In this document: positions 38,151 to 47,687 of the stretch, in pieces | Layout of the letters: the number at the start of each line of letters is the position of its first letter | Position numbering within the stretch: position 1 is the first letter of the stretch | Assembly: GCA_020353515.1 (NCBI GenBank) | Contig: CP070695.1 | Span: 1,303,637-1,367,636 of the forward strand | Reading direction: 5' to 3' | Length of the DNA stretch: 64,000 bases | From: Candidatus Heimdallarchaeota archaeon | Lineage (GTDB): Archaea; Asgardarchaeota; Heimdallarchaeia; Hodarchaeales; Hodarchaeaceae | Notes under the pieces: model-generated | Seen by the model: only the letters and a program-made list of their open reading frames with translations | Told to the model about the DNA's origin: nothing | The model's database searches: none | Translations under genes and position numbers: made by a program

Positions 38151-39103
38151 CGTGGCTTCACGTGGCTGTGATTAACGGAAATAAAGTTGTTTTTTTTGTA
38201 CATATTCACTCCAGCTAAAGCAATCATGGCACCGTTATCTCCTGCAAGATTTTTTGGGACTACATAGTATTTGGTAGATTGTTCAGAGGCCACTCCTTGA
38301 ACCATTTCTTGGAGTCTCGTGTTTGCTGCAACCCCGCCAGTCAACAAAACAGATGGTTTTTTGGTACATGATAAAGCTCGTTCCGTTGCCTCTGTAAGAG
38401 CAGCAAAGGTATATTCCTGAAAAGAATAACAAATATCCGCGACCTCATGCTTCGAAATAAGCTTTTGAGCAGCTGTTACCACACCCGAAAAAGAAAAAGA
38501 CATTCCTTTAATTGCATAAGGAAGAGGAAGGACATTCTTTCCATTCTTTGCCTCTTGTTCAATGTGTGGTCCTCCAGGATGTGGGAGGCCTAAACTCCTC
38601 CCAAGCGTATCTAGTGCATTCCCAATAGCGATATCCAGTGTTTCTCCAAGGATACGATATCGTCCGTTTAAGAAAGCAATAAGTTGGGTATTTCCTCCAC
38701 TAACATATAGAACCATTGGATCATAAGCTGGTGTGACCATTCGTCCAAGTTCCACATGAGCAATACAGTGGTTTACACCAATTAAAGGCTTTTTAAGTAA
38801 TAAAGAAATAGCTCGGGCAATAGTAGCAGTCATTCTGAGACAGGGACCAAGTCCTGGGCCTTGAGAAAAAGCAACTGCATCAATTTTTTTCATTCCAAAT
38901 GGGGTTTCATAAACCATCTGTTCTAACAATATTGGAAAGTTCTTAGAGAGAAATTCAGATGCTTCCCTAGGGTGAATGCCCCCATGTTCAGGAAGGTAAG
39001 TGGCTGTTTTATTAAAAATGATTTTTTTACCCTGGGTTACAGCTACACCTGCTGTATGAGCTGTTCCTTCAAAACCCAAAATTATAGGTTCATGAATTAC
39101 CAT
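38111..39103 (-). CDS. kae1: KEOPS t6A synthase Kae1
   Basis: EGTAHT, GGIHPRE, NHCIAH, VSGGNTQ, GETLDIA, DNGAMIA. Confidence 0.96.
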   Translation of the reverse strand: MVIHEPIILGFEGTAHTAGVAVTQGKKIIFNKTATYLPEHGGIHPREASEFLSKNFPILLEQMVYETPFGMKKIDAVAFSQGPGLGPCLRMTATIARAISLLLKKPLIGVNHCIAHVELGRMVTPAYDPMVLYVSGGNTQLIAFLNGRYRILGETLDIAIGNALDTLGRSLGLPHPGGPHIEQEAKNGKNVLPLPYAIKGMSFSFSGVVTAAQKLISKHEVADICYSFQEYTFAALTEATERALSCTKKPSVLLTGGVAANTRLQEMVQGVASEQSTKYYVVPKNLAGDNGAMIALAGVNMYKKNNFISVNHSHVKPRWRTDQVEVNWIH

Positions 39104-39131
39104 ACTAATATCAAAGAGGTTTCAATTAGAA

Positions 39132-39293
39132 TCAGAACTCTGTATAACCACATAACCCACAAGAGATCCGATCTTTATGTTTTGCCATAAATGAACCTTT
39201 ACATCTAGGACAAAATGTATTCTTTCTTTTTAATGTCCCTTTTTTATAGTCCACATCATAATGGGAATGAACGGGTTTTCTTCTGGGGGTCAT
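39132..39293 (-). CDS. rps27ae: 30S ribosomal protein eS31/S27ae (53 aa, missed by ORF track)
   Basis: [53 protein letters not shown]; canonical position between rps24e and kae1. Confidence 0.93.
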   Translation of the reverse strand: MTPRRKPVHSHYDVDYKKGTLKRKNTFCPRCKGSFMAKHKDRISCGLCGYTEF

Positions 39294-39298
39294 GGTTC

Positions 39299-39604
39299 TC
39301 AACTTTTATTTGTGTTTTCTCCCTCTATAATCTTATTTCTTTTCAAGCGATATTTTGGTTCAAAAATCATAACATCATCGGCATTATCATAACAATGAAC
39401 AATCACACGTGACCTAGGTTCACCAAAGTGCCCCTGGATGCTCTGAATGACAACATTTTCAAGATCCAGGTTTAATAGTGCTGCAATTTTGGCTCTAACA
39501 GATTCTCGAGATGGAGTTATCTCACCCAAGTGAGTAAGGAGAACATCAACTTCCTTTCGACCGATTAACGGGTTATACTTTTCTTGAATAATGGTTGTCT
39601 CCAT
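39299..39604 (-). CDS. rps24e: 30S ribosomal protein eS24
   Basis: [29 protein letters not shown]. Confidence 0.93.
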   Translation of the reverse strand: METTIIQEKYNPLIGRKEVDVLLTHLGEITPSRESVRAKIAALLNLDLENVVIQSIQGHFGEPRSRVIVHCYDNADDVMIFEPKYRLKRNKIIEGENTNKS

Positions 39605-40163
39605 TAATGAATTCCTCATGAATTTCAAACTTACTTAGTAGTTCTTCTGCTAATTTCTTTAGGGAAGGAGTGATTAAAGCACAAACTATTCCTTCATCAG
39701 TAGTTATAGGAGGTTGTCCATATACTACTATACTTCTAAGAGGTAGTAAGATAATGGCAGCAATTACTAATAGATCCTCTTCGCCATCAATCCTGACAGC
39801 AACACGGCATTTACCTGAAGTATATGATTGTATTTGTTTAATCGTGTTCTCAAGAATCCTCCATGCTTTATATGAGATCCATTCAGGCGGATTGAAAGCT
39901 TTCAGATCTTGATATAAATCCAGATTGAGATTAATTTTCTTTTTTCTGAGTGTTTTCCCATCATAAATTACAATATTAGGGAGGAAACCGACATCAAACA
40001 ATGTTTTGGTGCAATAATCTCCTATAGATACTGTGATGATAGGTTTATTTGTATTAATATATTTTTTGGCGCTTCTTGCAGCAATTTGGGCTGGCCCAGT
40101 AAAAAGTTTCCCAATCGGATCACGTAATGATGCTCTGAGAGTTTTTGGAAGTTTATAGCCCAA
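39573..40163 (-). CDS. GTP-dependent dephospho-CoA kinase (DUF359/UPF0218)
   Basis: LRDPIG, IGD, DGKT.R, NPP..I, DGEEDLL, YGQP; conserved operon position. Confidence 0.9.
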   Translation of the reverse strand: MGYKLPKTLRASLRDPIGKLFTGPAQIAARSAKKYINTNKPIITVSIGDYCTKTLFDVGFLPNIVIYDGKTLRKKKINLNLDLYQDLKAFNPPEWISYKAWRILENTIKQIQSYTSGKCRVAVRIDGEEDLLVIAAIILLPLRSIVVYGQPPITTDEGIVCALITPSLKKLAEELLSKFEIHEEFINGDNHYSRKV

Positions 40164-40173
40164 AAAAAAGCCC

Positions 40174-40368
40174 CTAGCGCACCTTTATAGCATATTTCCC
40201 TGGTCGAGTCACGTTAAGTTTGTGAGCTATTTTGCTCTCATCTACATTTCTGATAATAACCATCCCAACAAATGACCTAGAAAGATGGTTATGAGTCTTA
40301 CAAATGGGACAGACTTCCTCTCCATGTACAATACTATTACACTTTTTACATGCTTTCAGCTTTACCAT
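40174..40368 (-). CDS. spt4: Transcription elongation factor Spt4 (RpoE2)
   Basis: KACKKC...CPIC...SKIA..L....PGKYAIKVR. Confidence 0.93.
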   Translation of the reverse strand: MVKLKACKKCNSIVHGEEVCPICKTHNHLSRSFVGMVIIRNVDESKIAHKLNVTRPGKYAIKVR

Positions 40369-40920
40369 CTAAGTATTCTCCTTCACTGTAGAATCTTCCA
40401 ACCAGCTTTTCAAGCCCAGTCCTTCCCCTTTCATTGTAACTGCTATTTTCATACTCACATGATCAACAGTAGCCGTGATAATTTTCCCACGAACAAGATC
40501 CCCAGGTCTGATTGTACGACCAGATTCTCTTCCAACCAAAACACCTGAAGATCGGGAAGACATTTGGAAATATTCATCAGCAATTTGACTAATATGAGCC
40601 AAAGCGTCAGTGCAGCCTATTCTCATGAAAAATCCAAATTTTGTTGTTTCAACTACTTCTCCTTCGGATACTTCATCATCTAAAGGTCTAAAGGTAATAG
40701 CTTCATATTCAACGTCATGAAAAGTTGCTCCGTCACCTGGCACGATCCGACCTGGTGAAACTTCGATGATAGATAAAATTGCGACAATCATTCCGACATC
40801 AGCACCAATAGTGGTCTCATTTTTTGCCCGAGAAATGTCAAGTATGACCTCTGCTATTGATTCCCCAAAGCGATTTGGGGGGACACGAATTGTTTCACGG
40901 ATTCGAGTTAAGTAATACAT
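40369..40920 (-). CDS. rpo7: RNA polymerase subunit Rpo7 (RpoE1)
   Basis: IRVPP.RFG, PGDGATFH, S1 domain, GLG...WL. Confidence 0.95.
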   Translation of the reverse strand: MYYLTRIRETIRVPPNRFGESIAEVILDISRAKNETTIGADVGMIVAILSIIEVSPGRIVPGDGATFHDVEYEAITFRPLDDEVSEGEVVETTKFGFFMRIGCTDALAHISQIADEYFQMSSRSSGVLVGRESGRTIRPGDLVRGKIITATVDHVSMKIAVTMKGEGLGLKSWLEDSTVKENT

Positions 40921-41198
40921 TGTTCTGGTGCCTCAGTACGTTTCCCTAGTACTGCAACTACTAAAAAATAGGTCATCCTCGGGTTTATTCGTTAGACTAT
41001 TGAGTCTTTCCACAGAAAAAAATTGAGAAAAAATGTGAGAATTAAAGATAAGAAAATCATCAACGTTGTATTAGGAGAACTAAGCATCAGAGAGAGCCAT
41101 TAGAATTAAGCCAAAAGAGTTTACCATTAATAGACTCAGAAATATAATGTTAGATTGAAACTAAAGTTCAATAAATGAGTGGGGAACTTAAATCAAAT

Positions 41199-41229
41199 AA
41201 AAAAAGAAAGAGGAACTAAGCTCCTCTTT
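41199..41229 (-). terminator. Hairpin plus U-tract terminator after hppA
   Basis: Minus strand AAAGAGGAGC-TTA-GTTCCTCTTT followed by C and a T run, 10 nt after the stop. Confidence 0.55.
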
Positions 41230-41239
41230 ATCGTGGAGA

Positions 41240-43726
41240 TTAGCTCGTAATAGTTGTCATCTTTCTGTTACTCTTCCTATAAGCCCATATGAACAGAATG
41301 AAGAGTACACCAGCAACTATCATCATAATAAAGCTAAGGTCATTTTTTACTGTCGCTTCTACTAGAAGTGGAGCTAGAATTAAACTGACTAGATTGACAA
41401 CCTTAATCATAGGATTGATCGCTGGGCCTGCAGTATCTTTCAATGGGTCTCCAACCGTATCGCCAACCACTCCAGCTTTATGACGTTCAGAACCTTTGCC
41501 TGTATTCTTCTCAAGGTCTCGGGGCTCATCTTCGACAGCTTTCTTAGCATTATCCCATGCACCACCTGCATTGGCCATAAAAACTGCTAATAACTGTCCA
41601 GAGGCAATAATTCCAGCTTGAAACCCACCTAAAACTTCAACCCCTGATCCAATAGTTGCTCTTGTCGCTGGAGAAAGCCCAGTTACATCTGCTCCCGTTG
41701 TTATTAATACACCGAAGAAGATTGCCACCATGATTGGAACAGAAACGGCAATTACCGCCAAACTCACCAATTCCTTCTGTGCTGCTGATGTAGAAATAGA
41801 AACGGCTCGTTCGTAATCAGGTTTTTTAGTTCCTTCCATTACACCTGGAATTTTGAACTGTCGTCGAACTTCTTCGATAATATCCCCTGCTGCTCGACTA
41901 ACAGCTCGAATGTTAAAAGCACCGAATATCCAAGGTAGAGCTGCACCAAGTAATAAACCAACAAAAACAGCAGGAATATTAACACGTAGCCCATATTGAA
42001 GTGGATTGACAAGATCAGTATATCCAGCAGCTACTAAATTATCCACAACAACTTGGATATCTGTAACAAAAGATGCAAATAAGCTAACTGCAGCAATAAC
42101 AGCTGAAGCAATTGCAATTCCTTTTGTAATTGCCTTTGTAGTATTTCCTACAGCATCCAATTCTTCCAGTACACTTGTAGATTCTTTATCCATTGAAGTC
42201 AATTCAGCTATGCCTTGAGCGTTGTCGCTAATTGGCCCAAACGAGTCCATTGCTACATTATTGCCCGTATGAGAGAGCATTCCAATTCCAATAAGTGATA
42301 TTCCATAAAGCATGTATTGGAGAATGTCTGGTTTGCTTACATGTAAAACAGGGATTCCTATATTTAGAGATTCAAAAATCGTATTCCCAGGAAGAATAAG
42401 GAATGTCCCAACAGCGATTACAAATGAAATACAGATTGTTACAACAGCCCAAACACTAGATTCGTAACCGAGAGCTAATCCTGATAGGATAGTGGTTGCA
42501 GGACCGCCATGCATTGAATCAACTACTTCTTGGACAGGTCCTCGTTCCTTTGATGTGAATCTTGCCGTAATAGGATTGAATGATACAGCTAGCATAACTC
42601 CTGTTGCTGTAAGGAATGCTAACCTCCAATCACCTACATAGAATATCGCAAAAATGAACGATGTTATTATTGTTATTGCACTAGAAAGTTCATATGATTG
42701 AAACATGGCTTTTTCTGCATCAGGTGTCTTCCAGAGGGCAACAGCGAAGGTACCAACAATTGAGCTGATTACGCCAATTCCTCTTACAATGAGGGGGTAC
42801 ATAATCCATACGATAGCTTCAGAAAGAGATAAATCTGCATCTAGGGCTATTCCGTAAAGAAATAAACCGAGAATGAGTGATGAGACAATTGTTACCTCAT
42901 AGGACTCAAAAATATCTGCTGCCATTCCAGCACAGTCTCCAACATTGTCACCTACAAGATCAGCAATCACAGCAGCGTTTCTTGGATCATCTTCAGGTAT
43001 ATCCTTTTCGACCTTACCAACTAAATCAGCACCTACATCAGCAGCCTTAGTATAGATACCACCACCTACTCTCATGAAAAGAGCAAGAATTGTACCCCCA
43101 AATCCAAATCCAAGAAGTGCGTCAGGAGCAGCAGTTCCAAGAATTATAAAGATCAAAGTTCCTCCTAAAAGGCCAAAACCATCAGTTAGCATTCCTGTAA
43201 CAGTTCCAGCATGATAAGCGATCGAAAGTGATTTGTTATATCGTCTATCAACATCTAATAATTTTCCATTCTCATCCTTGGCTCCTTGAGCAGCTGCAGC
43301 AACCCGTAGATTGCCATGAACAGCAATTCGCATTCCAAATTGGCCAACCATCAGAGAGAAACTTGCTCCCATGAGGAAAGCTATTGTCCGTCCAATGGCC
43401 AATATTAACGTCCTTGTTGTCTCATCATATGCGGCTAATTCATAATTAGCAGCTTCGGATGTGTGTATTAAGTAAACACTCAAAAATAGCGCACCTGTTA
43501 GTAAAACTACAATCGGTAGAATGGTCTTTAATTGTTTACTAAGGTATGCATCAGCACCTTCCTTGATGGCACTCCAAACTTCTTTCATTTCCTCTGTTCC
43601 AGTGTCTTGCTTCATTACATCTTGTCGTAACAACCAAGAATAGATGAAGCTCACAATGGCTACAATGACGACACCAATGAGGATAGATTTTTCAAATAGG
43701 CCTAACTCCATGAATGTAGTAAACAT
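41240..43726 (-). CDS. hppA: Membrane-bound pyrophosphatase, K+-independent H+-pumping type
   Basis: DVGADLVGKVE, DLVGDNVGD, GDTVGDPLKDTAGP; GNTTKA has the Lys that marks K+ independence. Confidence 0.93.
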   Translation of the reverse strand: MFTTFMELGLFEKSILIGVVIVAIVSFIYSWLLRQDVMKQDTGTEEMKEVWSAIKEGADAYLSKQLKTILPIVVLLTGALFLSVYLIHTSEAANYELAAYDETTRTLILAIGRTIAFLMGASFSLMVGQFGMRIAVHGNLRVAAAAQGAKDENGKLLDVDRRYNKSLSIAYHAGTVTGMLTDGFGLLGGTLIFIILGTAAPDALLGFGFGGTILALFMRVGGGIYTKAADVGADLVGKVEKDIPEDDPRNAAVIADLVGDNVGDCAGMAADIFESYEVTIVSSLILGLFLYGIALDADLSLSEAIVWIMYPLIVRGIGVISSIVGTFAVALWKTPDAEKAMFQSYELSSAITIITSFIFAIFYVGDWRLAFLTATGVMLAVSFNPITARFTSKERGPVQEVVDSMHGGPATTILSGLALGYESSVWAVVTICISFVIAVGTFLILPGNTIFESLNIGIPVLHVSKPDILQYMLYGISLIGIGMLSHTGNNVAMDSFGPISDNAQGIAELTSMDKESTSVLEELDAVGNTTKAITKGIAIASAVIAAVSLFASFVTDIQVVVDNLVAAGYTDLVNPLQYGLRVNIPAVFVGLLLGAALPWIFGAFNIRAVSRAAGDIIEEVRRQFKIPGVMEGTKKPDYERAVSISTSAAQKELVSLAVIAVSVPIMVAIFFGVLITTGADVTGLSPATRATIGSGVEVLGGFQAGIIASGQLLAVFMANAGGAWDNAKKAVEDEPRDLEKNTGKGSERHKAGVVGDTVGDPLKDTAGPAINPMIKVVNLVSLILAPLLVEATVKNDLSFIMMIVAGVLFILFIWAYRKSNRKMTTITS

Positions 43727-44144
43727 GTTCCTGCAAATCCTTTATAGAAATCTATTCAAAACCAAAATTTTAACAGTAAATTGTATAAATTTTTATGTTG
43801 ATGAACTATTGGTTCCTAATAGATATCTAATCATTTTTTAAGTAAATAGTTGTTTGTGAACAGGAAGATACGTGGTGTTCTGATCAAACAACTTGATGTG
43901 AAATTCATTTTTAAAAATTTTAAATAATTTTTTCCTTCTTTTGGATTCAAAAATCTCAGACTACGCTTTTTGGAACCAATTTTAACATGTCTATATTGTA
44001 ATTGCAAATCAGACATTACTAGTACTGTAGAAGTAGTTTCAAAAGATATGTTCTTAGGAATGTTATTATTGAATTCAATTTTTTTTCTATTTAAAGATTA
44101 GAAAAAACATCTATGTTTCAAATCAAATATTTTGGGTGAAAATT

Positions 44145-44594
44145 ATGACAGAAAAGACACTTTTGATGATTAAACCTGATGCTGTCCAAAGATCCTTAAT
44201 TGGCCGAATTATTTCACGAATCGAGGAGAAAGGCCTCAAGATAATCGGCCTAAAAATGGTTCAATTAACAGAACCTAGTATAGACCAACTCTATGACATT
44301 CATGTTAGTAAAAGTTTTTATCCGATCTTAAAATCCTTTATCAACTCTGGACCTGTTATTGCAGTTGCAATTCAAGGGAATAATGCTGTCAAGGTTGTAC
44401 GTAAACTGGCTGGAATAACAAACTCCCCTGACGCGGATCCAGGTACAATCCGCGGAGATTTTGGACTTGATTTAACTAAAAACATTGTTCATGCTTCTGA
44501 CGCAGTCGATCGGGCCCAATACGAATTAAATGTCTTTTTTGAAATTAATGAACTTGTGGAATATGAGCTTATTAATGAAACCTGGATAAAATAA
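44145..44594 (+). CDS. ndk: Nucleoside diphosphate kinase
   Basis: IKPDAVQR, PGTIRGDF, NIVHASD. Confidence 0.97.
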   Translation: MTEKTLLMIKPDAVQRSLIGRIISRIEEKGLKIIGLKMVQLTEPSIDQLYDIHVSKSFYPILKSFINSGPVIAVAIQGNNAVKVVRKLAGITNSPDADPGTIRGDFGLDLTKNIVHASDAVDRAQYELNVFFEINELVEYELINETWIK

Positions 44595-44656
44595 ATATAT
44601 GAAACATAGAAATAATTTAAAAGTACGTTGAATATTTTTAAAAGGAGGAATTTCTT

Positions 44657-45313
44657 ATTCAGCGACGTAATCCCTATAAAAGAATGCGAATAGCAAGTAT
44701 AACCCGTTCACAGCTTATAAAAGATGATGAAGAACGTTGGAGGTTGGTCACCCCAAACGGGGAAAATATCTTTCGATTATGGATTGCAGGAATAATTACT
44801 GAGATATTTACTGGAGACAACAACTATGTGGGATTACAAGTAGAGGATGGAACAGGAGCAATAGTTGTAAAAACGTGGGATGAACGACTTGATCAATTTC
44901 AAAAATGGGATAATATCGAAGTTTTAGGTCAAATACAGATTTCTGAGAGAGATGAAAATATTGATGTCTTTATATCGCCTGATATATTTCAATCTATTTC
45001 CGATGATAACTGGTTCTTAGTACATCGTTTAAAAATCATTCAACAGCTTCAACGCGGTGCCTCGATTGAAGTCGAGTCTGCAAAGATAGGAGGTTTAGAA
45101 CTCGGTATCGCCTCTGTTGAAGATCTAAAAACTAAATTGAGGAAGGCTGTGAAAAACCTTGACAAGGGGAATGGTGTTACATATGATCAACTGGTTAAGA
45201 TATTTCCTAATGTTGATGAGATTCAGATTGATGAAGCTATAACAGAGCTTTTAGAATCAGGAGAATTTTTCGAACCGAAAGCAGGGGTATATTCTTCAGC
45301 TATTGATTCCTAA
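44657..45313 (+). CDS. RPA32-like single-stranded DNA-binding subunit (OB fold plus C-terminal winged helix); start extended to ATT at 44657
   Basis: VEDGTGAI OB motif; C-terminal IDEAITELLESGEFFEPKAG winged helix. In-frame IQRRNPYKR precedes the ATG, behind GGAGG. Confidence 0.75.
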   Translation: MQRRNPYKRMRIASITRSQLIKDDEERWRLVTPNGENIFRLWIAGIITEIFTGDNNYVGLQVEDGTGAIVVKTWDERLDQFQKWDNIEVLGQIQISERDENIDVFISPDIFQSISDDNWFLVHRLKIIQQLQRGASIEVESAKIGGLELGIASVEDLKTKLRKAVKNLDKGNGVTYDQLVKIFPNVDEIQIDEAITELLESGEFFEPKAGVYSSAIDS

Positions 45314-45362
45314 TAGTAGAAATGTCATTAGTTGCGTTATTTTCCAACCTAGAAACAAGTCT

Positions 45363-45914
45363 TTAAGGTCTATTCCACTGAAATACATAGTATCTTATTT
45401 GTTGGTCTGATAAAACTGTTGCAATGACATACCTTTTTCTAACAGAGGTTGCTAATCGCCCAGCACGAACTAAGTGAATAGGTTCAATACGAGATGCCTT
45501 TGGAACTACTGAAATTAAAAATGGGGAATGGTCAATTCCTGGTCCGCGACGATAAACTGCAAAATCGGTTCCAAATTTCAATCCAGGTCGTACAATATAA
45601 CGTTTATTACGAAGATCCAGAAAAACTGCATAGAGATCCTCAAACTTCGGAAAACGTTTTTTACAAATATCTATAAACTTCTCTTTTGATAAAACTGATC
45701 CGTCTCCATGATGAATAACAATTTTGTCTTTTTCTTGAAGAAAGGCGGCTTCTAAGAGTGAAAGTTCTAAAGGGCGATCGAATCTTGGAGATTTTGGTTT
45801 CCTAATTCCAACTGGTTTTCCAAAATAACCCAATTGATAGATGTAACTCCCTTGTTCGGGATCCCAAATGATGACATGTTTGTCAATTATTTGAGCGGGA
45901 ATAGGAGTTTCCAT
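45363..45914 (-). CDS. endA: tRNA-splicing endonuclease, catalytic (alpha) subunit
   Basis: GLKFGTDFAVYRRGPGIDHS (Tyr, His), RLATSVRK (Lys); N-terminal GYFGKPVGIRKPK loop. Confidence 0.93.
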   Translation of the reverse strand: METPIPAQIIDKHVIIWDPEQGSYIYQLGYFGKPVGIRKPKSPRFDRPLELSLLEAAFLQEKDKIVIHHGDGSVLSKEKFIDICKKRFPKFEDLYAVFLDLRNKRYIVRPGLKFGTDFAVYRRGPGIDHSPFLISVVPKASRIEPIHLVRAGRLATSVRKRYVIATVLSDQQIRYYVFQWNRP

Positions 45915-45944
45915 GTGATATTGCTTCCAAGGGAAAATCAGGTC

Positions 45945-46562
45945 TTATATTTGGTTATCTTTTCGTCTTTGATTCATTTTCGGAGCAATTAGTCTGGCAG
46001 CTAAGATTAAGTCAAGAATGACAAAAATAATAAGTAGCGTGATGGCAGCGTTGAAATTAGTTAATGAAAAATCTTCTGGAGGTTCTTTAACCACAATCTC
46101 AACTCGATTACTGATGGTAGTGAATTTAGTAGGATTAATTTCCGAGTCATAGTATTCAATCTGCGCCGAATAAAGGTAGTATGTGCCTAATGCTTTTGTA
46201 GTAACCAAGTAACTAAACTGACGGGTTTCATTAACCCCAATTTGACCATAAGAAAGTCCTGTCAATCCTCTTATTTCAAAAATCCATGGTTGATTAAGCT
46301 TGTCAATGAAGGTAACATTATAAGCTGTTTTGTTTCCAATGTTTTCTATAGTTACAGTGACAACAATACTATCACCAATGGCAACTTCGCTGCGATCAGA
46401 TAGCTTTGTGACAAATAATTTAGGATATGATGCTTCTTTTGCCTTTAAATCTAATATTGGCGTGTTTATGGGTTTAATTGATTGACTGAAGGTTAATAAA
46501 ACTGCATTCAAGCTTATAACTGTTAGAAGAAAGAACCAAACCCATTTTGTCTTATGGTACAT
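45945..46562 (-). CDS. TRAP-beta (SSR2)-like protein: signal peptide, Ig-like domain, C-terminal TM
   Basis: LFVTK...G..I.V..TI.N.G...A.NV.F.D...F...G......I.......F.Y.......G.Y....A.I.Y parallels the eukaryotic TRAP-beta luminal domain; a generic DUF11/BatD Ig fold is the alternative. Confidence 0.6.
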   Translation of the reverse strand: MYHKTKWVWFFLLTVISLNAVLLTFSQSIKPINTPILDLKAKEASYPKLFVTKLSDRSEVAIGDSIVVTVTIENIGNKTAYNVTFIDKLNQPWIFEIRGLTGLSYGQIGVNETRQFSYLVTTKALGTYYLYSAQIEYYDSEINPTKFTTISNRVEIVVKEPPEDFSLTNFNAAITLLIIFVILDLILAARLIAPKMNQRRKDNQI

Positions 46563-46714
46563 CAGTAAACTTCCAGCAGACTGTTAATTCACCCCTGTAA
46601 ATTGTCTTGTTAAAGATTCTTGTTTCAGTTCTCCTTTTGTCCTAGTTGCGAATGGAAATTTGTGTTCACCCACACACACAACATTCTTGTTTTATTTTTT
46701 TTCCTCACTTTTAC

Positions 46715-47668
46715 ATGTCGCTTTCCTTATTTGAAAAACGATTTTTATTCTTTGGGGGAAAAGGAGGAGTTGGAAAGACCACCATGGCAGCAGCTACCGC
46801 CATACGAGCAGCTGACCTAGGGCTCCGCACATTATTAGTTTCTACAGACCCTGCTCATTCTGTTTCAGATAGTTTAGACCAACAAATCGGAGGGGAGACC
46901 TATACTCAAGTACAAAATGTAAATAATTTATGGGCGATTGAGCTGAATACTGAAGAAGCCATGCGCACATATTCTGACATGATTAGTCACCAAGATCCAT
47001 CAGGAACTATTTCGGAATTTATTGGAGGAGATGATCCTGCTTCCTTATCACCCCCAGGAGCAGATGAAACAGTTGCTTTTATACAGCTCCTAGAGTTCAT
47101 TCAAAATCCTGAGTATGATATAGTTGTTTTCGATACCGCACCAACTGGACACACACTTAAGTTACTTCAATTACCAGAAATGACCCAAAGTTGGCTGTAT
47201 CGGTTAATTAAGATGCGCCGTCGTCTAGGAGGAATGTTGACTGGTTTTAAGACTTTATTTGGGGGTAGCTCTGGCCCAGATGAACAAGAAGCTTTTGAAA
47301 AACTCGAGGAGTTACGAGATCAAGTGGAGATCGCACGAGTCCATTTAGCTAATGCAAAAGAAACAGAATTTGTTGCTGTTACGATCCCCACAATTATGGC
47401 AATTTGGGAAACAGAACGGTTAATTCGGGCATTATTCGAAGTGGCGTTCCCAATCTCCCAGATTTATATTAATCAGGTTCAACCAGAGAATCCTGACTGT
47501 ACATATTGTAGAGCAAGATATGAAAGTCAACGGGAGAATTTAGTGAAAATTAAAGACCTGTATTCAGAATTTGATCTTGTTGAAATTCAGATGTTTGAAT
47601 ACGAAATCAGAGGCACAGAACGACTTCGTGAACTAAGTCATATATTGTACCGAGAAGAAAATAGGTGA
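46715..47668 (+). CDS. get3: Get3/TRC40 (ArsA-family) ATPase
   Basis: GKGGVGKTT, STDPAHS, PGADE, DTAPTGHT, C-terminal CTYC Zn motif; single-domain size. Confidence 0.88.
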   Translation: MSLSLFEKRFLFFGGKGGVGKTTMAAATAIRAADLGLRTLLVSTDPAHSVSDSLDQQIGGETYTQVQNVNNLWAIELNTEEAMRTYSDMISHQDPSGTISEFIGGDDPASLSPPGADETVAFIQLLEFIQNPEYDIVVFDTAPTGHTLKLLQLPEMTQSWLYRLIKMRRRLGGMLTGFKTLFGGSSGPDEQEAFEKLEELRDQVEIARVHLANAKETEFVAVTIPTIMAIWETERLIRALFEVAFPISQIYINQVQPENPDCTYCRARYESQRENLVKIKDLYSEFDLVEIQMFEYEIRGTERLRELSHILYREENR

Positions 47669-47687
47669 AAGGGGGAAATTTGAGAAT

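Noticed and set aside
39132-39293. Ubiquitin fusion to eS31
   Set aside because: The ORF starts 5 nt after the rps24e stop and contains only the Zn-ribbon protein.
45945-46090. PPEDF-TM-basic tail as an archaeosortase (PEF-CTERM-like) signal
   Set aside because: The motif does not match PEF/PGF and occurs once; an ordinary C-terminal anchor explains it.
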